From Deltaproteobacteria bacterium (lineage in GTDB: Bacteria; Myxococcota; JACRCW01): a DNA stretch of 64,000 nucleotides. The DNA is taken from the NCBI GenBank assembly GCA_016218805.1, contig JACRCW010000026.1:1-64000 (forward strand), in the 5' to 3' direction. Below are positions 10,450 through 20,061 of this stretch, piece by piece. A program made the position numbers and the translations under genes. Position 1 is the first letter of the stretch. Each line of letters begins with the position of its first letter. The notes under the pieces were generated by a model. That model was not told the origin of the DNA. It made no database searches and worked only from the letters and a program-made list of their open reading frames with translations.

Positions 10450-11640
10450 TCAGCGCGGCGCGTACCCGTAGCCCACGCTGGCCACCAGCACCTGGGTCGT
10501 CGTCGTCCACGCCGCACCGCGGCCGTCACCCCACGGCCAGGTCCACTCACCCGCCCAGGCCGCGTCCAGGGTGATGCCCATGTAGCGCCACCCGGCGCCC
10601 ACCGACGCGCCCGCCTTGGGGCCCCACGGCCACGCCGGGGACGCCCGCCCGTCAGGAACCGCAGCGCTCTGTGTTGACAGGCCGGCGCGCACGCGCAGGT
10701 CCGGTGCCACCCACCACAGCACCTGCTCCACACCGGCGCGCGCGGCCAGCGTGCCGCGCCGCCGCGCGGCCAGGCCCGGCAGCACCACGTCTCCCGACGG
10801 AGAAGCAAACCCCCCGCCCTGCGCCGCCCACGCCTGCACCTCCGCGTCCAGCGTCACGCGCCCGGCCGCCCACGGCCGCCAGCCCAGCCCCACCGCCAGC
10901 GAATCCGGCAACGCCCGCACGCCGTCCACGCGCCCCCCCGCCGGGCACGCGGTGGGGCACCCGTCAAACCGGGCCCGGCCCAGCAGGCCCACCAGGGACC
11001 GCGTGCGCGCGTGCGCGCCCGCCGTCAGCCGCGGCGAGACCTCCACCAGCAGCCCCACGTGCGCGCGCACCCCGGCGCCCGCCGCCTGCACGCTCGCGCT
11101 GCCCGCGGCCAGCGCGTGCCGTTCCTCCACCAGCGCGCCCAGCAGCGCCAGCCCGCCGCCCACCGCCAGCGGGCCCACGCGGTGGCCCATGGCCGCGTCC
11201 ACCGCCAGCAGCTTCTCGTCGCTGCCGGACACGCCCTCCGGCACGGCCGCGCGGTCAAATGCCCACGCGTGCACCTGCGGCGCGTACACGCCCAGCCCCG
11301 CGCCCAGCTCGCCATTGCCCCACGCCGCAAACACCATGGGCGGCGTCACCACCGCCGGCCGCCACCGCCGCGGGTTGGGCAGCGTGGGCCGCGCGCGGGT
11401 GGCCCGCAGCGCCAGGGGTACCGCCACCGCACCGCCCACTTCCAGTTGGAAGCCCTCCCGCGTGGCCAGCGCCGCGGGATTGTGGAACACGCTGGCGGGT
11501 CCCGCGGTGCCGGCGGTGGCCGCGCCGGAGACGCCGGCGCCCGCCGCGCCCATCCCATCCAACCCGGGGCCGGCCCGGGCCACGGGGCTTGCCGCCAGCA
11601 GGACCATGCACGCTGCCCGGCACCGCGCGAGGGAGTCCAT
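10450..11640 (-). CDS. OmpP1/FadL-like outer-membrane transport beta-barrel
   Basis: N-terminal hatch motif GAATAG...ASVFHNPAAL, alternating beta strands, C-terminal VGYGY. Confidence 0.72.
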   Translation of the reverse strand: MDSLARCRAACMVLLAASPVARAGPGLDGMGAAGAGVSGAATAGTAGPASVFHNPAALATREGFQLEVGGAVAVPLALRATRARPTLPNPRRWRPAVVTPPMVFAAWGNGELGAGLGVYAPQVHAWAFDRAAVPEGVSGSDEKLLAVDAAMGHRVGPLAVGGGLALLGALVEERHALAAGSASVQAAGAGVRAHVGLLVEVSPRLTAGAHARTRSLVGLLGRARFDGCPTACPAGGRVDGVRALPDSLAVGLGWRPWAAGRVTLDAEVQAWAAQGGGFASPSGDVVLPGLAARRRGTLAARAGVEQVLWWVAPDLRVRAGLSTQSAAVPDGRASPAWPWGPKAGASVGAGWRYMGITLDAAWAGEWTWPWGDGRGAAWTTTTQVLVASVGYGYAPR

Positions 11641-11660
11641 GCTGCGCGTTTCCCGGCGCT

Positions 11661-12158
11661 TCAGCGGCCCTTCTTCTTCTTGGGAACGTCCTCTTCCTCG
11701 GGCGGCGTGTCCGGCACCAGGCAGGACCCCTGCGTGAAGCTGCGGCCCTCCACCATCCCGGAGGCCACCTGGCCGCGGAACTCGGCGCTGATGTGCGCCA
11801 CCGCGCTGCGCTCCTCGGTGGCGTCCTTGGTGTCAAAGCTGGCCCCGGAGGTGTCCCCCAGGAAGAAGCGCTGCCGGCGGCGGCGTTCGCGCTCGTCGTC
11901 CTCCACCACGCCAAAGTCATCCGCGCCGCGCATGAGCGCGTCCACCGCGGAGGCGTCTTTCCCCTTGGCCTTCCCCTTGGCCTTGGCGCCCCCCGCCCCG
12001 GCGGCCTGGCCGCCGCCCTTGACGTCGGGCTTGCCTTCGGCGCCCTTGGTTTCACCGGCGCCGCCTTCCTTCTTGGTGATCTTGTTGAAGGCGTCCTGCC
12101 CGGCCCGCACCCACTGCTGCAGCCGCGCCCCGAATCCACCTCCGACGTTCTGCGACAT
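11661..12158 (-). CDS. Hypothetical low-complexity charged protein
   Basis: GC3-rich ORF starting MSQNVGGGFGARLQQW; no recognisable domain. Confidence 0.6.
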   Translation of the reverse strand: MSQNVGGGFGARLQQWVRAGQDAFNKITKKEGGAGETKGAEGKPDVKGGGQAAGAGGAKAKGKAKGKDASAVDALMRGADDFGVVEDDERERRRRQRFFLGDTSGASFDTKDATEERSAVAHISAEFRGQVASGMVEGRSFTQGSCLVPDTPPEEEDVPKKKKGR

Positions 12159-12305
12159 GGGACTCCCGGATCCGAGGCAGCGCCGCCGCACGCGGCGTTT
12201 GACGCGCTGATGCTACGTCTGCGGTCCCCCCTCCGCAATTGGCTTTTGCGGCGCGACGCCGTAGGTTGCCCGGCCCCTCAAACCGGGGCTTCGCGGAGGC
12301 GGTAC

Positions 12306-12752
12306 ATGGCATCGGGGTTCGTGAAGGTGCAGTTGATTGGCAACCTGGGTCGTGATCCCGAGGTGCGGTTCGCGGCGTCCGGCAATGCGGTGGCCAACCT
12401 GCGCGTGGGCTGCACGGAGCGCGTGCGCAGCAAGGAAGGCAACTGGGAGGACAAGACGGAATGGGTCACCGTGGTCTGCTTTGGCAAGACCGCGGAGAAC
12501 GCGGGGCAGTACCTGGCCAAGGGCCGGCAAATCTACGCGGAAGGCCGCCTGCAGACGCGCGAATGGAACGACAAGGACGGCAACAAGCGCTACTCCACCG
12601 AGGTGCTGGCCAACCAGATTCTCTTTCTGGGCGGTGGCCAGGGCCGTGGCGCGGCGCCGGGTGCCGCGGCGCCAGGCAAGTCAGACGTCCCGGCCCCCGC
12701 CGCCGGGGATGACGCGCCACCGCCGCTGTCCGACGACGACATCCCCTTCTGA
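12306..12752 (+). CDS. ssb: Single-stranded DNA-binding protein
   Basis: KVQLIGNLGRDPEVR, EGRLQTREW, acidic tip DDDIPF; GGAGG RBS. Confidence 0.98.
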   Translation: MASGFVKVQLIGNLGRDPEVRFAASGNAVANLRVGCTERVRSKEGNWEDKTEWVTVVCFGKTAENAGQYLAKGRQIYAEGRLQTREWNDKDGNKRYSTEVLANQILFLGGGQGRGAAPGAAAPGKSDVPAPAAGDDAPPPLSDDDIPF

Positions 12753-12758
12753 GCGCGC

Positions 12759-14120
12759 TCAGCCGCCCGGGTGGAAGCAGTACTCCACGCGCACGGTGTG
12801 GCTGCCGCCCTGCGCCAGTCCGTCACACGCCTGGCCAAAGAACTCCACGGTGCGCCCACCGGTCAGGTCGTACCCATTGGAATGCGAGGCGCTGTAGTTC
12901 ACCGGGATGCCGTCGATGGTGACCTGGAAGGATTCGCTGGTGTCCGGCGGGTTCTGCAGTTCAAAGCGGCACGCCGCAATGCGCGTGCTGATGGCGTCCA
13001 GCGCGGACTGCAGGTCTGACTGGTTGGTGGTGCGGTAATAGCGCGCGCCACCCGCCGGCAGCGCGGTCCCGCCGGCCACGGCCATCTGGTCCAGCACGCT
13101 GGCGTACGCGTCCGTGCCGGGGATGCCGACGACAAACGTGCTGATCCCTTCCGACGCCAGCGCGTTGACCGCGCTCACCGCGCCGGTGGCGTCCAGGCAG
13201 TTGCGGCTGTCATTGCAGCCCTGGGGGTTGGTGCAGACGCAGCTGTTGGGATCGTAGCTGTAGGTGCAGTTTGGGGCGCCGTCGGTGGCCAGCACCACGG
13301 CGCGGGGGCGGGTGGTGTCGCGGCCGCGCAGGTACTGCAGCGCCTGCTGCAGGGAGGTGCCGGTGGGGGTGCCGCCGCCGGGGCCGTATTGGCTCAGCGT
13401 GGAGGTGATGGACCATGCGCTGTCGCTGGCGATGTCCACCACCACGTCACCGGGGCTGCACGCGTCACCGCCCACCGCAGGGAACAACGCCAGGCCAAAG
13501 TCCACCAGGCTCTGCAATGAGTTCACCACGCCGCCCAGCACGCCGGTGACCTGCGTCCACTTGGTCTGCGCCTGGCCAGAGGGCGCTTCGTCCATGGAGC
13601 CGCTCTTGTCCACCACCAGCAGCAGCTGCGGGGTCACGCGCGCGCCGGTGGAGAACTGCTCCGCATCACAGATGGGCGCGCCGCCGGAGGCCGAACCGCT
13701 CCCGCCGCTGGACGACGATGCGCCCGTCCCGCTGCCGCCCGACGTCCCGCTGCTGCCGGACGTGCCGCTGCCGCCCGAACTGGAACCCCACCCCGGCGGG
13801 GGCGTTCCGCCGCTGCCCGCCGGTGCGCCGTCCTCGCAGGCGTAGGGGCCTTCGCCGCCCATGCACCAGCCATCCGCGTCGCCGTTCTCGTCGTCCACGC
13901 TCTGACCGGGCTCCATGATCTGCACCCAGGGCTGCGGGGATTCAGGAACGCCGCCGGCGCCGCCACCGCCGCCACCGCCGCTGCCTCCGCTGGTTCCACC
14001 GCCGCCGCCGCCCCCGCCGGTGCCGGGGATCTCCCCGGGCGTGCCGCCGGTGCCGCCGCATGCCCACGCCAGTGCCGCCACCGCCACCACTGAAAGCGTC
14101 CGCGTGATCGTCTTGCGCAT
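12759..14120 (-). CDS. vWA-domain lipoprotein, CglB-like (gliding adhesin family)
   Basis: Lipobox AWAC, Gly/Ser linker, MIDAS motif VVDKSGSM, GGTPT, LATDGAPNC, Cys-rich inserts. Confidence 0.75.
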   Translation of the reverse strand: MRKTITRTLSVVAVAALAWACGGTGGTPGEIPGTGGGGGGGGTSGGSGGGGGGGAGGVPESPQPWVQIMEPGQSVDDENGDADGWCMGGEGPYACEDGAPAGSGGTPPPGWGSSSGGSGTSGSSGTSGGSGTGASSSSGGSGSASGGAPICDAEQFSTGARVTPQLLLVVDKSGSMDEAPSGQAQTKWTQVTGVLGGVVNSLQSLVDFGLALFPAVGGDACSPGDVVVDIASDSAWSITSTLSQYGPGGGTPTGTSLQQALQYLRGRDTTRPRAVVLATDGAPNCTYSYDPNSCVCTNPQGCNDSRNCLDATGAVSAVNALASEGISTFVVGIPGTDAYASVLDQMAVAGGTALPAGGARYYRTTNQSDLQSALDAISTRIAACRFELQNPPDTSESFQVTIDGIPVNYSASHSNGYDLTGGRTVEFFGQACDGLAQGGSHTVRVEYCFHPGG

Positions 14121-14307
14121 GGGGGAGTCCTCCTGGGGTCTGGAGGGAGCATGATGTGGGAGGTCTCCCCACGCCATCCTTCATCGGGCGGTTGGCCCGC
14201 TGGCCTAGGCCGTTTGACCGAGCAACGCGGCGCCGGTGCCCGGCGAAAAGCGCGGCCCCCGGCAGCGGGAACTGGCGTGGGGGATCCGGTGCGAGCAGGA
14301 TGCGCCC

Positions 14308-15198
14308 ATGCAGCAGGCGCTGGACGAGTTCCTGGCGTACCTGGCGCACCAGCGCCGCGTGAGCCCGCATACGCTGAAAGCCTACCGGACGGACCTGGTC
14401 CTGCTGCGTGACTTCCTCACGGCACGGAAGCACCCGGCGGCCACGGAGGTTTCGCAGCTCTCCCTGCAGGCGATCCGGTCCTTCCTGGCGCTGAACCACG
14501 GCAAGGAGGAGCCCACCACGCAGGCGCGGCGGCTGAGCGCCATCCGGACGTTCTGCCGCTGGTGCAAGCGCACCGGGCGCATGGCGGACAACCCGGCGCT
14601 GCTGGTGAGCGGCCCCAAGCGCCCCAAGGGCGTGCCCAAGTCACTGTCCGTGGATGAAGCCTTTGCCGCGGTGACCGCCCCGGACGCGGACAAGCCGCTG
14701 GGCGCGCGTGACCGGGCCATTGCGGAGCTGCTGTACGGCGCGGGGTTGCGCGTGGCGGAGTTGTGCGCGCTGGACGTGGGCGACGTGGACCGCGCGGGCA
14801 ACGTGGTGCGGGTGATGGGCAAGGGCCGCAAGGAGCGCGTGGTGCCGTTTGGCGTCAAATGCGCGGAGGCGCTCACCGTGTGGCTGCCGGTGCGCGCGGG
14901 GCTGGCGTGCGGGACGGACGCGCTGTTTGTGAACCACCGCGGCGGGCGCCTCACGGTGCGCAGCGTGGCGCGGCACCTGGCGCGTTACGGCCTGGAAGCC
15001 GGCGTCCGCGGCCGGCTGCACCCGCACCGCATGCGGCACAGCTTTGCCACGCATTTGCTTGAGGGCGGCGCTGACCTGCGCAGCATCCAGGAACTGCTGG
15101 GCCACGCGTCGCTGTCCACCACGCAGCGGTACACGCGCGTGGACCTGGACCATCTGATGCGCGTGTATGACGCCGCCCACCCGCACGCGAAGGGGTGA
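14308..15198 (+). CDS. xerC: Tyrosine recombinase XerC
   Basis: SPHTLKAYRTDL, LYGAGLRVAEL, GKGRKER, HPHRMRHSFATHLLEGGADLRSIQELLGH, TQRYT, YDAAHPHA. Confidence 0.9.
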   Translation: MQQALDEFLAYLAHQRRVSPHTLKAYRTDLVLLRDFLTARKHPAATEVSQLSLQAIRSFLALNHGKEEPTTQARRLSAIRTFCRWCKRTGRMADNPALLVSGPKRPKGVPKSLSVDEAFAAVTAPDADKPLGARDRAIAELLYGAGLRVAELCALDVGDVDRAGNVVRVMGKGRKERVVPFGVKCAEALTVWLPVRAGLACGTDALFVNHRGGRLTVRSVARHLARYGLEAGVRGRLHPHRMRHSFATHLLEGGADLRSIQELLGHASLSTTQRYTRVDLDHLMRVYDAAHPHAKG

Positions 15199-15204
15199 GC
15201 CGGG

Positions 15205-15231
15205 GTGTCTCCTTATTCGAGACACTTTGGG
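15205..15231. repeat. Palindrome GTGTCTC-CTTATTC-GAGACAC-TTTGGG (copy 1)
   Basis: Begins 6 bp after the xerC stop; near-identical to 15680-15707. Confidence 0.75.
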
Positions 15232-15673
15232 CCCTTGGAGGGTGCCTGCCCGGCGCAACCGGACGGGCGTACGCCAAACGACGCCGGTTGCGCGCCTGCT
15301 CACGGCTCGGGGCGGTGCGGCACGGCGTGAGGGGCGGCACCCGAGTCGGGCAGGGCTTGGGGTGTGCGGCCTCCCTGGCCCGGGCCCCCCTCCCTTCCCA
15401 GCCCCGAGCCAGCGAACGCGGCGGTCTCCCCAGGACGTGCGGTGAGCATCCCGCCGTTGACGCCCCGCCCGGCAGGCGTGTGCCCGTCGCACATCATCCG
15501 TCCGGTGGGTTCCAGCGCGTGGCGAGGTTCCTCGCCGTGACGCCGCCTCAGACCCGTCACGGCGCGGGCGACGGAAGCGGGTCCAGCGGGCGAGCGAGCA
15601 CCGCGCCAAAGCGGGGCCGCCGTTGGCCGCGGCCATCTGCAACGCAGGGCGCCGGGCGTGGGACGGAAAACCA

Positions 15674-15707
15674 CCCAAAGTGTCTCATTATTCGAGACAC
15701 TTCTGGG
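15674..15707. repeat. Palindrome CCCAAAGTGTCTC-ATTATTC-GAGACACTTCTGGG (copy 2)
   Basis: Read directly from the sequence; its left arm is the exact reverse complement of the copy 1 right arm (13 bp). Confidence 0.75.
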
Positions 15708-16082
15708 TTCATCGGAGGGACCATGTCGCGCTATTGCCATCGGTTTCGGGAAGTGAATGACGGCTTCACCGCCGCCACGTCCGCCCCGGAGGGACGCGGA
15801 CTCACCCAGGAGGGATGACGCCAACGCGCTCGCCGGGAGGCTGGCAACCCGCACCGCCAAGAAGGGAAGCAGCAAGCTGGTCATGCGCCCGCATTCTGGC
15901 GGCCACCGCGCTCCAGGACCTCATGAAGGAAGCGCGCCGACCCGCCAAAAGGCGAGGGTGAACCCCCCAGCGACCGCCGGTCACCCCCGCCGCGCGCGCC
16001 GGTCACCCCGTCCGCCGTGGCGGGTCGCCCCGTCGGCGGGCGCGGGGCAACCCCTTGGCATTACTTGGTCACCCGCCCTGCG

Positions 16083-16112
16083 TTGACACCGCGACGGAAT
16101 GGCCCCTAGCGT
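16083..16112 (+). promoter_or_regulatory. Candidate sigma-70 promoter (TTGACA-N18-TAGCGT)
   Basis: Perfect -35 hexamer and partial -10, about 110 bp upstream of the CDS at 16221. Confidence 0.35.
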
Positions 16113-16220
16113 CCCCGCCGCTGTGAACAACCCCGTGGCGGCCACGCAACCGGCCGGCGAGCCGGTGGAACACCACCACCGCGGTCCCCCGCGCGCCGGG
16201 TCACCGTGCAGGAGACGCCG

Positions 16221-16727
16221 ATGAAGGTGGGCACCAAGCCACCCAGCCCCGCAGCACCCCCGCTACCCGACGAGGACGCGCTGGTCGGCCCGTCACGCCG
16301 GCGCGCCCGCACCATGAGCCGCAAGGAGATGGTCCGCGAGCGCCGCAAGGCCGCCGCCCGCGGCGAGCTGCTTGAGGTCATTGAGTATGACCGCCCGCGC
16401 ACGCGTGCTGACTGCGTGGGCGGCGCCCGGCCCTGCCTGTTTGTCTCCTGCCGCTATCACCTGTACCTGGACGTCAACCCCGAGACCGGCAGCGTGAAGC
16501 TGAACTTCCCGGACAAGGAAGTCTGGGACCTGGAGGAGACCTGCGCGCTGGACGTGGCCGAGCGCGGCGGCGTCACGCTGGAAGAGGTGGGGCAGATCAT
16601 GAACCTCACCCGGGAGCGCATCCGCCAGGTGGAGGTCCGCGGCCTGCAGAAGCTGCGGGACGTGGACGAGGACGACGGTGGGCTGGAAGCGTTTGAGGAC
16701 TGGGAGCCCGGCGGCAAGGCGGAGTGA
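16221..16727 (+). CDS. Stand-alone sigma-70 region-4 HTH protein with Cys/His cluster
   Basis: RPRTRADC...[11 protein letters not shown]...[40 protein letters not shown]. Confidence 0.85.
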   Translation: MKVGTKPPSPAAPPLPDEDALVGPSRRRARTMSRKEMVRERRKAAARGELLEVIEYDRPRTRADCVGGARPCLFVSCRYHLYLDVNPETGSVKLNFPDKEVWDLEETCALDVAERGGVTLEEVGQIMNLTRERIRQVEVRGLQKLRDVDEDDGGLEAFEDWEPGGKAE

Positions 16728-16795
16728 TCCGCGGGGCCCGGCACCCGTGGCGATGGACGGCGGGCCCGCGGGCCCCGGGAACAAGGTGAAGGCCC

Positions 16796-19700
16796 ATGCG
16801 GATTGATTGCCAGCAGTGCGGTGCCGCCTACGCGATCGACGACAGCCTGATCGGTGACCGCGGCGTGCGCGCCCAGTGCCCGCGGTGCGGCGCCCAGAAG
16901 GTGGTCAAGAAGCCCGGCCCCGGTGAGTTGGGCCCGCCGCCGGCTGATCCTTTTGGGCAGCCCCCGCCCCCCCCGGCCAACCCGTTTGACGCCACGCAGG
17001 CGCCGGCGTCCGCCAGCCCCTTTGGGGCGCCCCCGCCCGGCCCGTTTGGCGCCCCACCCGGCGCCCCGGCCAATCCCTTTGGCGCCGCCCCCTCGCCCTT
17101 TGGCGCGCCCGCCGCACCGCCCAACCCGTTTGGTGCGCCCCCCGGCGGTGGCACCCCGTTTCCCGGCACCAGCCCGCCCGCCCCCGCCAACCCGTTTGCC
17201 CCGCCGCCAGGCGCGGCCGCGCCGCCCAACCCGTTTGCGCCGGCCCCCCCGGCCGCCTCCCCGTTTGGCGCCCCGCCCGGCGGCGCACCCAACCCGTTCG
17301 CCGCCGCACCCGCACCGGGGGGCAATCCGTTTGGCGCGCCCCCGGCGGGGGCTTCGCCCTTTGGCGGCGGCGGCCCCACCCCGTTTGGCGCTCCGGCGGC
17401 CGCTCCCGGCGGCGCCCCCAATCCCTTTGGCGCACCCGCGGCGGCTCCCGCCAACCCGTTTGGCGCCACCTCCCCGCCCGCCCCGGCCGCGGGTGGCAAT
17501 CCGTTTGGCGCCCCGCCCGCCGCGGGGGCCAGCCCGTTTGGCGGCCCGGCCGCTGGCGGCGGCAACCCGTTTGGCGGCGGGTCACCCGCACCGGGCGGCG
17601 GGCCCTTTGACGCACCGGCTCCCCACGGCGGCGGCGGCGGGGATCCGTTTGCCGCCATGGAACCGCGCCCCGCGGCCGTCCCGGCACCGGCACCGTTTGG
17701 CGGCGGCGCACCCGCGGGCGGCGGGGCGGAGGACCCCTTTGCCTCCGTGGGCAAGGATGAGGCACCCGCCGCCGGTGGCGGTGGCGGCGGCAAGGACAAG
17801 GACTCCCGCGAGTGGCGCGTCAAGCTGGCTGACGGCACCGTGCTGGGGCCGCTGACGCTGGACGAGGTTCGCCAGAAGGTGAAGTCCGGCGAGATCACCA
17901 AGGAGGCGCAGGCGGCGCAGGGCGGCGGCAACTTCCGGCTCATCACGGGGTTTGCGCCGCTGGCGGTGGTGTTCCGCGGTCCCAGCGAGAAGGCGGCGGT
18001 CCAGAAGACGGTCTACCGGGACCAGGGCGGCGGGGGCGGCGGCACGTGGGCCATCCTGGCCGCGGCCATCCTGCTGCTGGGCGGTGGCGGCGGCGTGTAC
18101 GTGTTCCGGGACAAGCTGTTTGCGCCTTCGTCGGTGGAATACGAGAACATCTTTTCCCGCCGGTCCCAGATGTGGAAGCTGCAGTTCCCGGACCTGGACG
18201 GGACCAGCGAGCAACACCTGGCCAAGGGGCTCAAGCTGTTCCGGGAAGACACCATGCTGGGCTACCGCATGGCGGACGAGGAGTTCCTCAAGGCGCTGTG
18301 CCTGGACCCGGAGAACCTGGAGGCCATTGGCGCGTACGTGGAGAACTACGCGCTGCTGCCGCCGCGCCGCAATGACGTGGAGTCCACCAAGGACGCGCTG
18401 GACGGCATTGAGTACGCCATCAAGAAGAACCCGCGGCGCGCACGGTTGCACCGCTCCCACGGGGCGCTGCTGCTCAAGATGGGACGCGTGGAGCTGGCGC
18501 AGGCGGCCCTGGCGCAGGCGCTGCGGCTGGACCCGCAGGACGCGGCCTCCAAGCTCTTCATGGCGCAGAGCAACCTGGAGCGGAACATTGGCGAGTCCAT
18601 CAAGCTCACCGAGGAAGCGGTGCGCGCCGACCCGGAGCTGGCGCGCGCCACCTACATCCTGGGGCTGGCCTACCAGAAGCAGGGGCGGTTCAAGACCGCG
18701 CTCAACCAGTTCAACTCGCGGCTCAACAAGGACCGCGAGCACCGCGAGACGCTGCTGTCCATTGCCCGGCTCTACGTGGAGGTGGGGGACTTCCAGAAGG
18801 CCGTGCAGCACCTGGAGCGGCTGCTGCAGGTGGACGCCAAGAACATTGCCGCGCGCCTGATGCTGGCCAAGGTGCTCTACCAGGGACTGGGAGACTTCCG
18901 GCGGGCGGAGAGCCAGCTGGCGGAGCTGGTGTCCCTGATGGGCACGGAGGGCACGGAGATGGCGCGCGAGGTGTACGCGCACCACGCGTTTGTGCTGGGC
19001 GAGCGCGGCAAGTGGAAGGAGGCAGAGGACGCCGTCAACGCGTCACTGCGGGATGATCCCACCTACGGGCCGGCGCTGTACATTGCCGGGCGCGTGCTGC
19101 TGCACCGCGGGGCCGCCGCCGAGGCGCGCGAGAAGCTGGACAAGGCGCTGCACGGCGTGGAGAACACGTACCTGGAGGCGCCGGTGCGCGCCGCCATGGC
19201 GGACGTGCAGCGCTCGCAGGACCAGGTGGAGGAGGCCCGGCGCAGCTACGCCGCCGTGATCCGGTCCGACGCGCGCTACGTGCGCGCGTACCTGGGGCTG
19301 GCCAGCCTTTACATCGACAAGAACAACATGCAGCAGGCCGCGGCCACCATGCGCGAGGTGCTGGACATTGACCCGTTCCACCGCGCGGACCACTTCTACT
19401 TCACCGACTACCCGGAGACCCCGCGGGACGTGGAGTCCTACCGGCCGGCGTGGGCCAAGAACAAACCCGCTGAGCAGGACCGGTCCATTGTGCTGTCGTC
19501 GGACGGCATCACCGCGTTCCACGCCAACCAGCTGGATGAGGCTGAGACGCTGCTGCGCCGTGCCATCTCCGACGACCGCAACAACCTGGCCGCGCAGATG
19601 TACCTGGGCGCCGTGCAGCTGGCGCGCAAGCGGGCCAAGGACGCCACGCAGAGCCTGCTGCTGGCCACGCGCGTGGCGCCCAACCACGTGCGCACCATGT

Positions 19701-19930
19701 ACCTGCTGGGGCGCGCCTACCAGTCCGCCAATGACGCGGAGAAGGCGGACAAGAAGTTCCAGGACGTGCGTGAAGCGGACGGGAACTTTGTGGCGGTGCT
19801 CAACGCGCTGGGTGAGATGGCGCTGCAGCGCGGTGAGGACGAGAAGGCGCGTGACCTGTTCCTGGACGCGTTCAAGGCGGACGCCGACTTCACGCCCGCC
19901 AAGGCCAACCTGCTGCGCTGCAACTACTGA
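16796..19930 (+). CDS. Zinc-ribbon / PF-repeat / GYF-like / TM / TPR protein
   Basis: MRIDCQQC...VRAQCPRC (MJ0042-type), 24 xPF repeats, [18 protein letters not shown]_2-like motif, one TM helix, long TPR array. Confidence 0.85.
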   Translation: MRIDCQQCGAAYAIDDSLIGDRGVRAQCPRCGAQKVVKKPGPGELGPPPADPFGQPPPPPANPFDATQAPASASPFGAPPPGPFGAPPGAPANPFGAAPSPFGAPAAPPNPFGAPPGGGTPFPGTSPPAPANPFAPPPGAAAPPNPFAPAPPAASPFGAPPGGAPNPFAAAPAPGGNPFGAPPAGASPFGGGGPTPFGAPAAAPGGAPNPFGAPAAAPANPFGATSPPAPAAGGNPFGAPPAAGASPFGGPAAGGGNPFGGGSPAPGGGPFDAPAPHGGGGGDPFAAMEPRPAAVPAPAPFGGGAPAGGGAEDPFASVGKDEAPAAGGGGGGKDKDSREWRVKLADGTVLGPLTLDEVRQKVKSGEITKEAQAAQGGGNFRLITGFAPLAVVFRGPSEKAAVQKTVYRDQGGGGGGTWAILAAAILLLGGGGGVYVFRDKLFAPSSVEYENIFSRRSQMWKLQFPDLDGTSEQHLAKGLKLFREDTMLGYRMADEEFLKALCLDPENLEAIGAYVENYALLPPRRNDVESTKDALDGIEYAIKKNPRRARLHRSHGALLLKMGRVELAQAALAQALRLDPQDAASKLFMAQSNLERNIGESIKLTEEAVRADPELARATYILGLAYQKQGRFKTALNQFNSRLNKDREHRETLLSIARLYVEVGDFQKAVQHLERLLQVDAKNIAARLMLAKVLYQGLGDFRRAESQLAELVSLMGTEGTEMAREVYAHHAFVLGERGKWKEAEDAVNASLRDDPTYGPALYIAGRVLLHRGAAAEAREKLDKALHGVENTYLEAPVRAAMADVQRSQDQVEEARRSYAAVIRSDARYVRAYLGLASLYIDKNNMQQAAATMREVLDIDPFHRADHFYFTDYPETPRDVESYRPAWAKNKPAEQDRSIVLSSDGITAFHANQLDEAETLLRRAISDDRNNLAAQMYLGAVQLARKRAKDATQSLLLATRVAPNHVRTMYLLGRAYQSANDAEKADKKFQDVREADGNFVAVLNALGEMALQRGEDEKARDLFLDAFKADADFTPAKANLLRCNY

Positions 19931-20061
19931 CGCGTGCCGCCGCCCCGCCCGGCTTGACAACCCGCCCACGCCGCGCGAATCCCCACGGCCGCTTGCCGGC
20001 CCCCGGGGATGCGCCCCGGTGACCCCAAACCCGTCCGCCCGACCCCAGGAGCCCGACCGCG

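Noticed and set aside
10671..12305. 693-aa ORF apparently fusing a long N-terminus to SSB
   Set aside because: The real ssb start is the ATG at 12306 with a GGAGG RBS; the extension is antisense to two other genes.
14308..15198. Phage or island integrase
   Set aside because: The sequence has XerC hallmarks and length, and no tRNA target or phage genes are nearby.
15205..15231. Canonical dif site
   Set aside because: It does not match the XerD arm TTATGTTAAAT or the 11-6-11 dif consensus; kept only as an unexplained palindrome.
16946..17740. DNA-level repeat or mobile element (AACCCGTTTGGC units)
   Set aside because: Fully explained by the in-frame NPFG peptide repeats.
19931..20061. Possible SAH/SAM riboswitch upstream of ahcY
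   Set aside because: No recognisable GAGGAGCG...CAGGCTC core was seen, only a TTGACA hexamer. An Rfam scan would settle it.
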